A stretch of 63,081 bases of DNA, counting the filler, from Collodictyon triciliatum (lineage: Eukaryota), in assembly GCA_043381765.1 (NCBI GenBank). It is 9 parts of 9 records of this genome, joined end to end, with 100 filler letters (N's around TTAATTAATTAA, not from the genome) between each part and the next. Parts side by side here need not be neighbours in the genome. Positions count along the whole stretch, not along the records: positions 44,844 to 53,704 come from JBHJMP010003250.1; positions 53,805 to 60,706 come from JBHJMP010003252.1; positions 60,807 to 61,911 come from JBHJMP010003357.1; 6 more parts are not named here. The stretch is one strand, 5' to 3'. The notes beneath the pieces were generated by a model. That model did not search any database. It saw nothing but the letters and a program-made list of their open reading frames with translations, and had not been told where the DNA came from. Made by a program: the position numbers and the translations under genes. Positions 47,421 to 61,007 of the stretch are shown one piece after another (within the stretch, counting starts at the first letter, position 1; each line of letters opens with the position of its first letter).

Positions 47421-48695
47421 AATAATCAGAACCATTAAGCAGGGCAACAGAGTTCGTTCTACAGAAACATCGACCATCATTTTGTTTAATTTTTATCTGT
47501 GTTAACGAGAACCTATTTCTCTCCCACGACTGCACATGTGCATGCTTTGTTGGTGGTTCTCATTATCCCTGGGTTAAAATATCTAAAACCAAAGATTATT
47601 TACTTTTAAGCTGGATATGCGGGCGTTGAGGAATTTAACAACCGCGGAGCCAGTTGTCTTCTTCGATTGCAGCGCACGAAGTTAGAAAAGCATATCTTCT
47701 CACCCACGACAGTTGGTGGTTATTGTTTCGAGCATTTCACCTTAGCTGTCTTTGGATAATCCTGGCCGATAATGCCACTACGAAAACCCCAAGGGGCGTA
47801 TCATCACAAGAATAGAATACACACCGAAGGCTGGCAGATCAGAACAGACCCAAAAAAAAGGGTAGAAGAAGTGACACCGAATTAAGAGCCCGACGATTGT
47901 GATATCCTTAATGTCAAGAGATCGGTTCGGACACTAGCGGCCACTCCTGATTCCTTTCGAAGAAATTTGTACTATATGTCTCACACATTAATATAAAATT
48001 AATACACATATGGGTATTAATATCCTAATATAGATAATGAACATCTTTTTTTTGTATGTTGGTTTCCCAGCTGTCTTTTTTTTGAAGAGGCGAAGGGTCT
48101 CCGTTCACAGGGAGTTGGCATAGGCAAAGCCTGAGCGGGCCTCGCAAAGTATAAAGGGTTCTGATCTGCGCTATGCAAGCGTTATGTGTCTTTTGAGTTT
48201 CCCCTTGTCCGCTCCCACGGCTGGTAGAATCCTCTTAATACCGAAGGACGCCCAAGAGAGTTTGTTGTCCTCCAAATGTCTCCGTGGCTGTTTCGGGCGT
48301 GCAAACTTTCATGCTCTTCCGCGCGTCTGGTTGTCTATACAACGAAAGAGAGATATGGCGGCATATTATTTTTGCTATAGCTTATCTTCTTCGGCTGGCC
48401 TACCGCCTTTCCCTACACCGTCTATTCATATTTTTATTTTTATTATTTTGTTCTTTTCGCAACAAATCAAAACCTATTAAAGATCACAACAAGCAGACAT
48501 AAAACACAATCGAAGAGGAGGCAGATTCAGTATTGGGCGAACAGCACGACTTCTAATGTATTAACATGCATCTTTTACCTCTTCATTCACATTGGCTTTC
48601 TGCCCCTCCTCATATGTTAGTTCTTACACCAAGTCACCACGAACGTATTTACCTCACGTGCATTTATTTAAATAAATCTGTTTTATTATGTTGAT

Positions 48696-48737
48696 TGATA
48701 TCAATATATACTTAATATTAAGTATATATTGATATCA
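48696..48737. repeat. Perfect 42-bp palindrome flanked by TTGAT direct repeats
   Basis: TGATATCAATATATACTTAAT|ATTAAGTATATATTGATATCA is its own reverse complement; TTGAT at 48691-48695 and 48738-48742. Confidence 0.9.
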
Positions 48738-48832
48738 TTGATTATTATCTCAGGCAATATTTCTATCGTCATGCCTGTTGCTAGAGACACAAGAACAAAC
48801 CTTGAGGCAACATAATGACTCATGGAATACAG

Positions 48833-49326
48833 ACAATAACAAAACAACAACAAAACAACAACAAAACAATAACAAAACAATAACAAAACAATAACAAAAC
48901 AATAACAAAACAACAACAAAACAACAACAAAACAACAACAAAACAACAACAAAACAACAAAACAACAACAAAACAACAACAAAACTACAACAAAACTACA
49001 ACAAAACTACAACAAAACTACAACAAAACTACAACAAAACTACAACAAAACTACAACAAAACAACAACAAAACAACAACAAAACAACAACAAAACAACAA
49101 CAAAACAACAACAAAACAACAACAAAACAACAACAAACCAATAACAAAACAATAACAAACCAATAACAAACCAATAACAAACCAATAACAAACCAATAAC
49201 AAACCAATAACAAACCAATAACAAACCAATAACAAAACAACAACAAAACAACAACAAAACAACAACAAAACAACAACAAAACAACAACAAAATAAAAACA
49301 AAACAACAACAAAACAACAACAAAAC
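48833..49326. repeat. 11-mer minisatellite (AAAACAACAAC with variant blocks AAAACAATAAC, AAAACTACAAC, AAACCAATAAC)
   Basis: Directly visible; variants are clustered in blocks. Confidence 0.92.
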
Positions 49327-49370
49327 AGTATTTCTTTGAATCGAATAAAGGAAAAAAGAAACAGTATTTC
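49323..49370 (+). mobile_element. Ultra-short TSD-flanked insertion, copy D (insert 49335-49358)
   Basis: AAACAGTATTTC [TTTGAATCGAATAAAGGAAAAAAG] AAACAGTATTTC; perfect 12-bp direct repeat. Confidence 0.85.
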
Positions 49371-49468
49371 AATAGAGTATTAACAGATATGCAGTAAGAA
49401 ATTCAAAATTCCGTCTAAAAGAGGTAGTTTCGATTGGTTTATAAGCAGGCTTAAGTGCTCTCTTAAGG

Positions 49469-51118
49469 ATGTCAACGAAGAGACAAGAACCAAATACCGA
49501 TTATGAAACCCAGGAGGAAAATGTTTGAACACTTCAATACCTCATCGTAGTTAGCTTTCTGTTTACTTTTTACTTTTCATGTCCTATTAATAGCCATTCA
49601 AATATCATATACAAAACGCGAAAAAGCAGGTTTCAATTCTGTTCGAAAAGCTTGACAGTGAAATCATGCACAAATGTTCGGAAATGCAAAATGAATTGGG
49701 TAAGATCGAGGAGCACATTATTCAAAAGGTGACACTCTTGTATTAATCGATAATAACATGACGTTTCCATCCAAAAATCGAACTTGATTATCAGCTTATT
49801 GTAAATAAGCATTGTCCCGCCATCGTTTCATACAATATCAAACTTTCCTCCTTAATCTGATTAATTTTATTATTGTAAATTACATAGTGATATTATCCCA
49901 CCTAGACCTAATTATGATTTCTTTTCTTGAAATAAAATGAAATTGAAGTCAAGGATTACATTTTCCAAGATTCAGAAGCGCCTCTCCTCACAAGAGACCG
50001 AGTTTTCTTTCTTTCTAAGAAAATTGCTGTCGTCCATTAAATTGAGTTTATTTCGAAGAGCTAATCGAAAAAGCAGCTTACAAATATGCCAGAGTTCTCT
50101 CTCAGTCTATTTCAGTACCCAAAGTTATCCACCACATCCGGTTTTTATGGAAAGTCCCACGAAGCTGGAGTTCCCAAATACTATCATACCAGACATGCAA
50201 CTACTTGGGGATTCACTCGCATCGTGGATTCAATTAGGCTTTAATAAAATTAATGGAAATCCGTCTCAACTAGAATATAGCTTTTCAATCGGGAGCCAAG
50301 GAAAAGGCAATGGCGAATTTGAAACTCCCTCTGGAATTGCGATACACCCTATCACCGGAGACATCTACATCACAGATGAGTTTAACAACCGTATTCATGT
50401 GTACTCTCATCACCATAAATTACAAACCATAATCACGCAGCCTACCGGTGGGAAACCTTTTGTAAGACCTCGTGGAATAGATGTGTCCCCGAAATTGATA
50501 ATTGCTGTGGTCGAGGTGAAGGCAAAGAGAATTCAATTAATGGATGACCAGTTCGTACATCTATCCACAGTGTTATCTGATCCATTTATAAGCCTCACAT
50601 TAAGTGAGCCTTATTATGTGGCGTTCGATCTTGAATGTAATTTCTATGTGTCCGATTACAATCTGAATGGTTTACTAATGTTTCGATCAGATGGAACATA
50701 TGTCAAGAATCTGACTACAGGAGAAGGGACTGCAGGAAGGCATGGTTCCAGCGTAATGATAGACGAAGATAATATGATATACTATTTGGAGTACGGTGGA
50801 GACACTATATATGTCTTTAACACGCTGGGTAAGGTTGTTAAGATGTTTGAGATAAACAATGACTCTGGGCTTCGGTGCATGTGCAGATCATCCAGCGGCG
50901 GGTTCGCAGTTACTTCTTTAGAAAGAGACACAATCGTTATTTTCTCAAAAGCAGGTGTTCAGGTTAAGGAGCTTAAGTTGAGTGACCCAAGAGGTATTTG
51001 TATGGCCAGCAATGGTACACTATATGTCTGTCAAGGCTTTAAGACAAACAACCAAGTGACAATTTTCAAGAACGAATTAGTGGTCACCCGAACGAGAAAT
51101 CAATGTATCCAGGCTTGA
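49469..51118 (+). CDS. Coiled-coil plus NHL-repeat beta-propeller protein (TRIM-NHL C-terminus-like; no RING or B-box seen)
   Basis: Likely exons 49469-49522, 49594-49728 (helical) and a long exon with IGSQGKGNGEFETPSGIAI...IYITDEFNNRIHVY, FVRPRGIDV, LSEPYYVAFD, LSDPRGIC. Start is tentative. Confidence 0.82.
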
Positions 51119-52540
51119 GAGCCTCGTGCAATACAGCTTCCTGAACAGCCTGCTGAAACACGCTCGCATTCTTCGCTACTCTGACCGCAAGCNNNNNNNN
51201 NNNNNNNNNNNNNNNNNNNNNNNNNNNNNNNNNNNNNNNNNNNNNNNNNNNNNNNNNNNNNNNNNNNNNNNNNNNNNNNNNNNNNNNNNNNNNNNNNNNN
51301 NNNNNNNNNNNNNNNNNNNNNNNNNNNNNNNNNNNNNNNNNNNNNNNNNNNNNNNNNNNNNNNNNNNNNNNNNNNNNNNNNNNNNNNNNNNNNNNNNNNN
51401 NNNNNNNNNNNNNNNNNNNNNNNNNNNNNNNNNNNNNNNNNNNNNNNNNNNNNNNNNNNNNNNNNNNNNNNNNNNNNNNNNNNNNNNNNNNNNNNNNNNN
51501 NNNNNNNNNNNNNNNNNNNNNNNNNNNNNNNNNNNNNNNNNNNNNNNNNNNNNNNNNNNNNNNNNNNNNNNNNNNNNNNNNNNNNNNNNNNNNNNNNNNN
51601 NNNNNNNNNNNNNNNNNNNNNNNNNNNNNNNNNNNNNNNNNNNNNNNNNNNNNNNNNNNNNNNNNNNNNNNNNNNNNNNNNNNNNNNNNNNNNNNNNNNN
51701 NNNNNNNNNNNNNNNNNNNNNNNNNNNNNNNNNNNNNNNNNNNNNNNNNNNNNNNNNNNNNNNNNNNNNNNNNNNNNNNNNNNNNNNNNNNNNNNNNNNN
51801 NNNNNNNNNNNNNNNNNNNNNNNNNNNNNNNNNNNNNNNNNNNNNNNNNNNNNNNNNNNNNNNNNNNNNNNNNNNNNNNNNNNNNNNNNNNNNNNNNNNN
51901 NNNNNNNNNNNNNNNNNNNNNNNNNNNNNNNNNNNNNNNNNNNNNNNNNNNNNNNNNNNNNNNNNNNNNNNNNNAACGGTGATGAATCCATTGAGCACAC
52001 ATTTGTGCAATGTCCCTTCGCTCAAAACCTGCGCGAAACAGCCGGTGAGATTCTTCGACTGACACTCAAGACGACTGCGGCTGTTGGCCCAATCCAGGCG
52101 ATAATTGGGCCTCTGCAACAGCTGCGTCCAGATGCAAAAACACTCTGGGCAGTGACGCGAGGTCATTTGCTATGGACTATGTGGATAGCGCGCATATACC
52201 CACGCAAAGCAAGACTCAACAACCAGCCACCCATTCCTGATGACAGGCGGAATGACATCATACAAATCTCTTTCCTCGACAGCTTCCTTCGCCACCTGCA
52301 CGTTCTCTATTACTCCGACCCTGTGAGAAGAGACATGTGGAAAGAGGCTGAGAAGGATATTAAACCTCGCCTTGTATCTCTCATGCAAGCACAAGACCCA
52401 GGCTACAGGCCAAACTGCAGGATGCAGTTTCTGATTACCGACTACTTCTCCGCCACCCGGCCAACAAGTAGCGGCATGAAAACGATGGCCAAAGAACCAA
52501 AGCCAACGTTCCCTTGATTGAATAAATAAATCAATAAACA
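51081..52540 (+). mobile_element. 5'-truncated non-LTR retrotransposon, ORF2 C-terminal zinc-knuckle (zf-RVT-like) region and AATAAA-rich tail; internal gap 51193-51974
   Basis: DESIEHTFVQCPFA and LLWTMWIAR motifs are typical of LINE ORF2 C-termini; stop at 52515-52517 followed by TTGAATAAATAAATCAATAAA. Confidence 0.8.
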
Positions 52541-53349
52541 TACCGAGAATTACAAAAATTAAACTGTTTGCACTGGTGTCAACATTCTTTCAATTATATA
52601 AGTGATGAATACTCTATATATGAGCGCGTTGGTTCTTCCGATACCATTTTTTCTGCGAAACCATGCCCCATATCAATACTAGTAGAGCCGCCTCGCGCAC
52701 TCCTCCAAGCCTCTTGTCTGATTTCTCTCCACCCCGCACGCGCAGGTGGCGGACTGGAACAATCTGAACGCGACACTGCGTTTTTCCGCCCGGCATGCAA
52801 CAGGGTGGCCAGGCTCAGGTTACCAGTTTATCGAGTGGAGGTTTCAGTCCAGAGTTCCGAAGTGAGAGTACATGTTCTTTAGGTTCGACGAAGATCTGGT
52901 TCTAAGCCCGTGAAGTTAGTCTTCCATCGCAGGCGTTGCCACCTCAAGTTGACAGGCAGTGGGCTATATTAATGGGTATGTAGCGGAAAGAGTTTGCCCG
53001 GTTGAGGCGTATTTATACGTAAGTGTTCTTGCTCTCGCTTGGCTCCCTGAATGACCGAGACTATTTCTTCATAGTGGGGGAATAATATGTCAACATACCA
53101 TATTAGGTGACGAAGGGAGAGAAGGATGTGTTTGGCTTATTCATAAAGGATGATTCGATGGATAGGCGGATAGATGTAATCAGTCGAGAAGATATGTTGC
53201 TCGTTTGAGTCGCTCGATTTTCTCTTCACATAACAGTTATAAAGTGAGGCAAACAGCATCAAATCTACTTTTTTTTTTTCGGGGATTGGGGTGATAATTT
53301 TTTTTCGTGGTTGTTCGTTGATATTTTGCAGGAAACTGGAGACACATAA

Positions 53350-53704
53350 AGCACCAAAACTGCATGGATAACACTGACCATGAAGTGGTGGACGGACATG
53401 TTCATGCAGCCGAAAGGGTTTTTGAAAATTGGTTTGTGGAAACTCATCACCAAACTGTGTGCAGACTTCAAAACACAGTTGCAAAAAAGAACAATCCCAC
53501 GACCACCTCCAAACACACCAGAGCGTTTGCTCTCGCGTTGGCAGATTCTGTATACTCACTGCAAAATGACTATACCCCTGAACGAGCCATTGGCAGCAGG
53601 AAAAATATGCTGGGACAACCAGAAAGGCTTCTGCATCATCAAACAGGTTCACGAAGGCAACGCGGCCACCATCAGAGAAATCTCATTCAAAGAAGACGGC
53701 TCGT
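53350..53704 (+). mobile_element. Probable second truncated retroelement fragment running into the scaffold end
   Basis: Abrupt switch to A/C-rich open frame (TAWITLTMKWWTDMF...PERLLSRWQILY) similar in composition to the 52 kb element; no diagnostic motif. Confidence 0.35.
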
Positions 53705-53869
53705 NNNNNNNNNNNNNNNNNNNNNNNNNNNNNNNNNNNNNNNNNNNNTTAATTAATTAANNNNNNNNNNNNNNNNNNNNNNNNNNNNNNNNNNNNNNNN
53801 NNNNAACACCCCAATTTTTTTCCAATATTTCAATTATAACCAAAAAAAAAAAAAAACGACATCCTCTAG

Positions 53870-55942
<2,073 letters not shown>

Positions 55943-56604
55943 GTGGGGAATGAATAAAAGGCATATGCGATGATTCCATGAAACACGAAGATACCCTCAA
56001 CTTTAGATAGCCCGCCAAGTGCAGTACATATTCATCGGTGTAAAGCCTGTGTGGCTGTGATTTCAGAATCTTTATTTTGCGTTATATGCGCTTCGTTTCG
56101 GTAGTTGGGAGANNNNNNNNNNNNNNNNNNNNNNNNNNNNNNNNNNNNNNNNNNNNNNNNNNNNNNNNNNNNNNNNNNNNNNNNNNNNNNNNNNNNNNNN
56201 NNNNNNNNNNNNNNNNNNNNNNNNNNNNNNNNNNNNNNNNNNNNNNNNNNNNNNNNNNNNNNNNNNNNNNNNNNNNNNNNNNNNNNNNNNNNNNNNNNNN
56301 NNNNNNNNNNNNNNNNNNNNNNNNNNNNNNNNNNNNNNNNNNNNNNNNNNNNNNNNNNNNNNNNNNNNNNNNNNNNNNNNNNNNNNNNNNNNNNNNNNNN
56401 NNNNNNNNNNNNNNNNNNNNNNNNNNNNNNNNNNNNNNNNNNNNNNNNNNNNNNNNNNNNNNNNNNNNNNNNNNNNNNNNNNNNNNNNNNNNNNNNNNNN
56501 NNNNNNNNNNNNNNNNNNNNNNNNNNNNNNNNNNNNNATTATTATTTTAACAAATGAAGCTCCCATGTATCAGATTTAGGGTATATGTGCAGACCGACTC
56601 TTTT

Positions 56605-59600
56605 CTACAACAGTGTTTGTATAGCCACAAGCAAATCTTTTCGCACTCGGGCATCGCCAATCTTCATGTTCCATCGGAGAAGCTCGTCATTGAGTACAAA
56701 TAAATCACGCCCCATGATTCTTTCATCTCTAAACCGCGAAGGATTTTCCAGCGAGCTAACTGCACTCTCAACCCATTCCACAACCTTGTCGATGCCCCAC
56801 GTTGTGGCATCCGATTCGCTACTAAGTGTGTTGTTTCTGAGCATGTCCATTCGCTCGAGCCATTCTTTTCCCTCGTGAGAAACGATGGCCTGAATGCCTT
56901 CCAACACCCTCAGTTGGTCGCCCAGTGCAAGGATTTCAAGATTGAGCCAAAGTTCCTGAAGGTCGTATTTTCTCCAAACAATCAAGTCATCAGATACTTT
57001 TTTTTCAACAGTATTGGGTAGTATTGCATTTGCTGACTCTGCCAATAGCCAATAATCCAAGTAGCTAAAGCTCCGCACGTCACCTTTGCCAACCTTCACC
57101 ACAAAATCAGAATATGCCCTGCGGGTTCTTTCTATCAAATCGCCCGTGCGTTCTACATAGTCTTTCACCTCTTCTAATTTCGCGTCTGTGAATTTTGGAA
57201 CACCATCGTTGCGAATAAAGTCCACTTCATCAACACGCAGTAATTCTTCAAGCTCGTCATGTGCGTTCATCAGCTTCCTTTTCAAGTCGGCTATGTATCT
57301 CTCTAGTTCTTGCACTCGTTTTTGTTTATCTTGTTGCATATTTGAAAAGTTTCTTTGTTCTTTGTTACCATTTGGTAATACTGACTCTTGAAATAGTTTA
57401 AAGCTGGTCCTTAGCTCCAATTCTCCAGATGCCGTTTTAGACAGAAGATGAGTAATTTTAATCTCTTCTTTTGCAAGAAAATGGTCAAATAGCACTTGTG
57501 TCCAATCACAATACCGACGAAAAGGAAGTGATGGCAAGATGTATTGGTCACTTTTCAGTGTCGCAAATCTGAATGTTTCTTCGCCTTTGAGAGGGTTCCA
57601 TATGTCGAATATACCCCCGCTTGTTCCAATAAGTACAGTGTATGTATCAGAGATGAATGAGCAAAAAATCACATCTTTGTCCACGTAAGAATGGGTGGCC
57701 ATGAGCCTCTTGTTTGATACCTTCCAAACATGAGTGTGTTTGTCATCAGATCCCGAAACGAGATATGTATCATCAAATGAAAAGGCACACATGTTGATTG
57801 TGCATGTATGAGACTTCAATACACCTATGCAAAGAGCATCTGCTGCAGTCCACAACCTGATAGTGAGGTCCTTTGATATTGTCGCAATTACACTTCCACC
57901 ATAACTCACTATGCAGTGTGTCACTATGTCAGTATGTCCACTCAAGACTGAAAGTATAGATTGTGATTCGATGTTGTAAATAAATGGTGTATTGGAAAGA
58001 GTGAGGCAGACAAGATGAAATGCCTCGTTGCAAAAGTAGGATGCTCGTACTTCCTCTTCTGTTCTAATTGTGCAAAACTTTTCACATCTTCCAACATCCC
58101 ATACGTGGACTTCCCCGTCGAAATAAGTGACTGAAATTCCATCACTAAGTGGAGAGATGCTCATGTGCCGAACCCATTTATTCCCTGCGTTGAACTTTGC
58201 TATAGGCTCCAAAGTTGTGGTCTTCCATAGGCAGATAGAACAATCATATGATGCAGTGGCAATCACTGATGCATTGGGTGAAAATGTGCACTCTGATATT
58301 CCAGAACGATGGGCCCGTACATTACTTAATAAATTACCATTCCTGTCAGAGACACATAAAATCCCGTTCATTCCCGCAATCGCAATATATCTCCCATCGC
58401 ATGAAATGTGTACACAAGTTATCGTGCTGTCCTGGACAGATATCTCTGAAATAGGTGAGCGACTATTTCCTGTGATTATCAGAAAGCTCTTTCCGAAAAG
58501 CTGGGCACAAAGTAAGTCCCCGCCTGGTGATACGATAATGGCACGAATCCGTATAAAATCCTTTTTCGAAGGTGTCAAAGTTGGCGAAGTCGCCCTGCTG
58601 TTCGATGAATGGGCGATTGTTCCAACTATACTATTATCGGGTAGGCTATTAGGTTTTGTTGAGTTTCCATTTTGAAGCGAAGATGGATGGACCGGCATTG
58701 CATCGGATTCTTGCAAAGATTTCACATGCAGTACCCTCGTTTTCAACGATGGTGCATGTTGGTGAAATTCTCTGTATTCACCTTCAGCCAGAGCAGCACA
58801 TCGGGATGTATTTTCGGCGTGATAATTGTATAAATTTGCTGGAGCCTCGAAAAGTGTAGAATGTGAGTCTTTGTCTATGCTCTTGTATCTTTGTGTAGGA
58901 GAAACATATGCTAATGGAGCTGCATGTGCATGTGTATTGACATCATGCCGAAACTGCCGAGGAGAAGAAGAGCGCCCAGTCATGTCCCCTTTCCAGTGAA
59001 TATTTAGATGCGTAGATGCTTCGCCTGTATTGCCATCATCATTTACAACCAACTCTTTCTGTTCAGGTTGAATATCACCATATCTCGGTTTGTTTGCAGG
59101 AGGTGTGTAAATTGGAGATAAAGACCTTTGAGGCCGTGAGTAATTGCTTAGGGGCTCAACTTTTTCCTGATGGCCATATGGCGGGTGTCTATTTTCGATT
59201 ACCGGGCTGGATACAGAGTATGTAAGGGGCGATCGGGAAAAATCAGGAGATTGATTTTGTGATGCCTTGCCGTAAGAGCCATATTCGAGACTGTGCGGAG
59301 CAGATGATGAGAAATAAATACGAGAATTCGGCAGATTTTCTGAACACGAACCATCAACAAATTTGACCTTGCTCGGTGATTTGGCTTTTGGTCTTATAGA
59401 GGCTGGGACCTTCCATATTCGAATGCTAGAGTCCCTACAACCTGAGACGATGTATGAACTGTCAGATGAAAAGCATAGACATGTGATGGCCTTTTTGTGG
59501 TGGGCCATAGTGGCCACAGGCGACCCGTCATCTGAACGAAGAAGTACCATGAGTCCATCGAAAAACCCAACAGCTATATAGTTTCCGTCAGGAGAGTAAA

Positions 59601-60342
59601 TCAAAGACGTTATGGCCACCGTATGGAGGTGGCTGTCGATAATCTTGATTGTATCTGGGACTGAGTAGGTCACCAAACGACCGTCCTTTGTGAATAGCGC
59701 AAGTTGACTTCCATCTAGCGAAAGGGCAGAGCCACAAGCAACTCCGTCAGGACTGGGAATGCGTATTATTTCAGAATAAGAACTCAGCTCGTGTATGACT
59801 GCAAATCCGTTTTTTGATGATGATAAGATTATATCTGACCTTCGTGAGAAAGAGCAATTAAATATTGATGATTTGTATGGTGTAAGGCACGATTCCAGAG
59901 CCCCAGAGTCCATATTGTAAATGAGAATGTCTCCTTTGTTCGTGCAAATGGCAATCTTTGATTTGTCTTGTGTTATAGCACTACACCTAAGAAACCCACG
60001 CCTCAGATTTTGTTTATGAAGAATTTCCCCGAGAGTGAAATCCCATACAAGAAAATATGTATCTGATATGGCCGCAATCAGCTTTGGATTTGACGTGAAG
60101 CAGCATGAGATTATTGGGTGGTCATAAACCATTTTCTTGCTGAGTCGGGCGATTCCAAGATGAATATCCACATCCCAAAGGCGAATTGTGCCGTCCAATG
60201 ACGATGAGGCGAGGATCTTATCAGTGTCTGAAAAGCATACGAAACTCACTTCTTCATCATGCTGCCCAATTTCAACAGAAGAGAGGTCTTCGATTTTTAA
60301 GCTGGGATATGAGTTTCTTGTTAGGGTATGTCTTGGTAACAT
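56605..60342 (-). CDS. Intronless 1245-aa protein: two WD40 propellers, coiled coil, C-terminal SAM domain(s)
   Basis: Two clusters of WD repeats separated by a Ser/Pro-rich linker; QQDKQKRVQELERYIADLKRKL coil; WGIDKVVEWV...RFRDERIMGRDLFVL...LLVAIQTL SAM motif preceded by a degenerate SAM-like unit. Confidence 0.88.
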   Translation of the reverse strand: MLPRHTLTRNSYPSLKIEDLSSVEIGQHDEEVSFVCFSDTDKILASSSLDGTIRLWDVDIHLGIARLSKKMVYDHPIISCCFTSNPKLIAAISDTYFLVWDFTLGEILHKQNLRRGFLRCSAITQDKSKIAICTNKGDILIYNMDSGALESCLTPYKSSIFNCSFSRRSDIILSSSKNGFAVIHELSSYSEIIRIPSPDGVACGSALSLDGSQLALFTKDGRLVTYSVPDTIKIIDSHLHTVAITSLIYSPDGNYIAVGFFDGLMVLLRSDDGSPVATMAHHKKAITCLCFSSDSSYIVSGCRDSSIRIWKVPASIRPKAKSPSKVKFVDGSCSENLPNSRIYFSSSAPHSLEYGSYGKASQNQSPDFSRSPLTYSVSSPVIENRHPPYGHQEKVEPLSNYSRPQRSLSPIYTPPANKPRYGDIQPEQKELVVNDDGNTGEASTHLNIHWKGDMTGRSSSPRQFRHDVNTHAHAAPLAYVSPTQRYKSIDKDSHSTLFEAPANLYNYHAENTSRCAALAEGEYREFHQHAPSLKTRVLHVKSLQESDAMPVHPSSLQNGNSTKPNSLPDNSIVGTIAHSSNSRATSPTLTPSKKDFIRIRAIIVSPGGDLLCAQLFGKSFLIITGNSRSPISEISVQDSTITCVHISCDGRYIAIAGMNGILCVSDRNGNLLSNVRAHRSGISECTFSPNASVIATASYDCSICLWKTTTLEPIAKFNAGNKWVRHMSISPLSDGISVTYFDGEVHVWDVGRCEKFCTIRTEEEVRASYFCNEAFHLVCLTLSNTPFIYNIESQSILSVLSGHTDIVTHCIVSYGGSVIATISKDLTIRLWTAADALCIGVLKSHTCTINMCAFSFDDTYLVSGSDDKHTHVWKVSNKRLMATHSYVDKDVIFCSFISDTYTVLIGTSGGIFDIWNPLKGEETFRFATLKSDQYILPSLPFRRYCDWTQVLFDHFLAKEEIKITHLLSKTASGELELRTSFKLFQESVLPNGNKEQRNFSNMQQDKQKRVQELERYIADLKRKLMNAHDELEELLRVDEVDFIRNDGVPKFTDAKLEEVKDYVERTGDLIERTRRAYSDFVVKVGKGDVRSFSYLDYWLLAESANAILPNTVEKKVSDDLIVWRKYDLQELWLNLEILALGDQLRVLEGIQAIVSHEGKEWLERMDMLRNNTLSSESDATTWGIDKVVEWVESAVSSLENPSRFRDERIMGRDLFVLNDELLRWNMKIGDARVRKDLLVAIQTLL

Positions 60343-60643
60343 AAAATGTTGGTATCTGAAAAAAGTTTTTAGGGGGAGTGGTACTCTTATGTGTTTATGC
60401 GAAATAACCTGCCCATTGTTGAATCAGAACGCGCGCACTGAGAGGTACCCTAAATAAAATGAGTAGAATTCTTAAGGTTATCAAAATACCATGGTTGGAT
60501 GAAATTGTAAAATGCAAAGAGGTTTTTCTGATACTATAGGAGGATGCTGTACGATGAAAAACAAAGTCCACTACTTTATCAATCAAATGGTATCGTTGGT
60601 ATAAGGTATGTGTTTTTTTTTTGTTTTTTTTTGTTTTTTTTTT

Positions 60644-60706
<63 letters not shown>

Positions 60707-61007
60707 NNNNNNNNNNNNNNNNNNNNNNNNNNNNNNNNNNNNNNNNNNNNTTAATTAATTAANNNNNNNNNNNNNNNNNNNNNNNNNNNNNNNNNNNNNN
60801 NNNNNNAAGAAAAAGAAAAAGAAAAAGAAAAAGAAAAAGAAAAAGAAAAAGAAAAAGAAAAAGAAAAAGAAAAAGAAAAAGAAAAAGAAAAAGAAAAGAA
60901 AAAAAAGAATAATTATTTTTTTTTTAAAAAAAGTCAACAGTTCGTAGATTGAAATTCAAGTCAAGGATACTTTTGTACCACATAATTATAAATATAATCG
61001 CGTTACC

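Noticed and set aside
48833-49326. CRISPR-like or telomeric array
   Set aside because: Tandem 11-mers with no unique spacers, internal position and no telomere-type unit.
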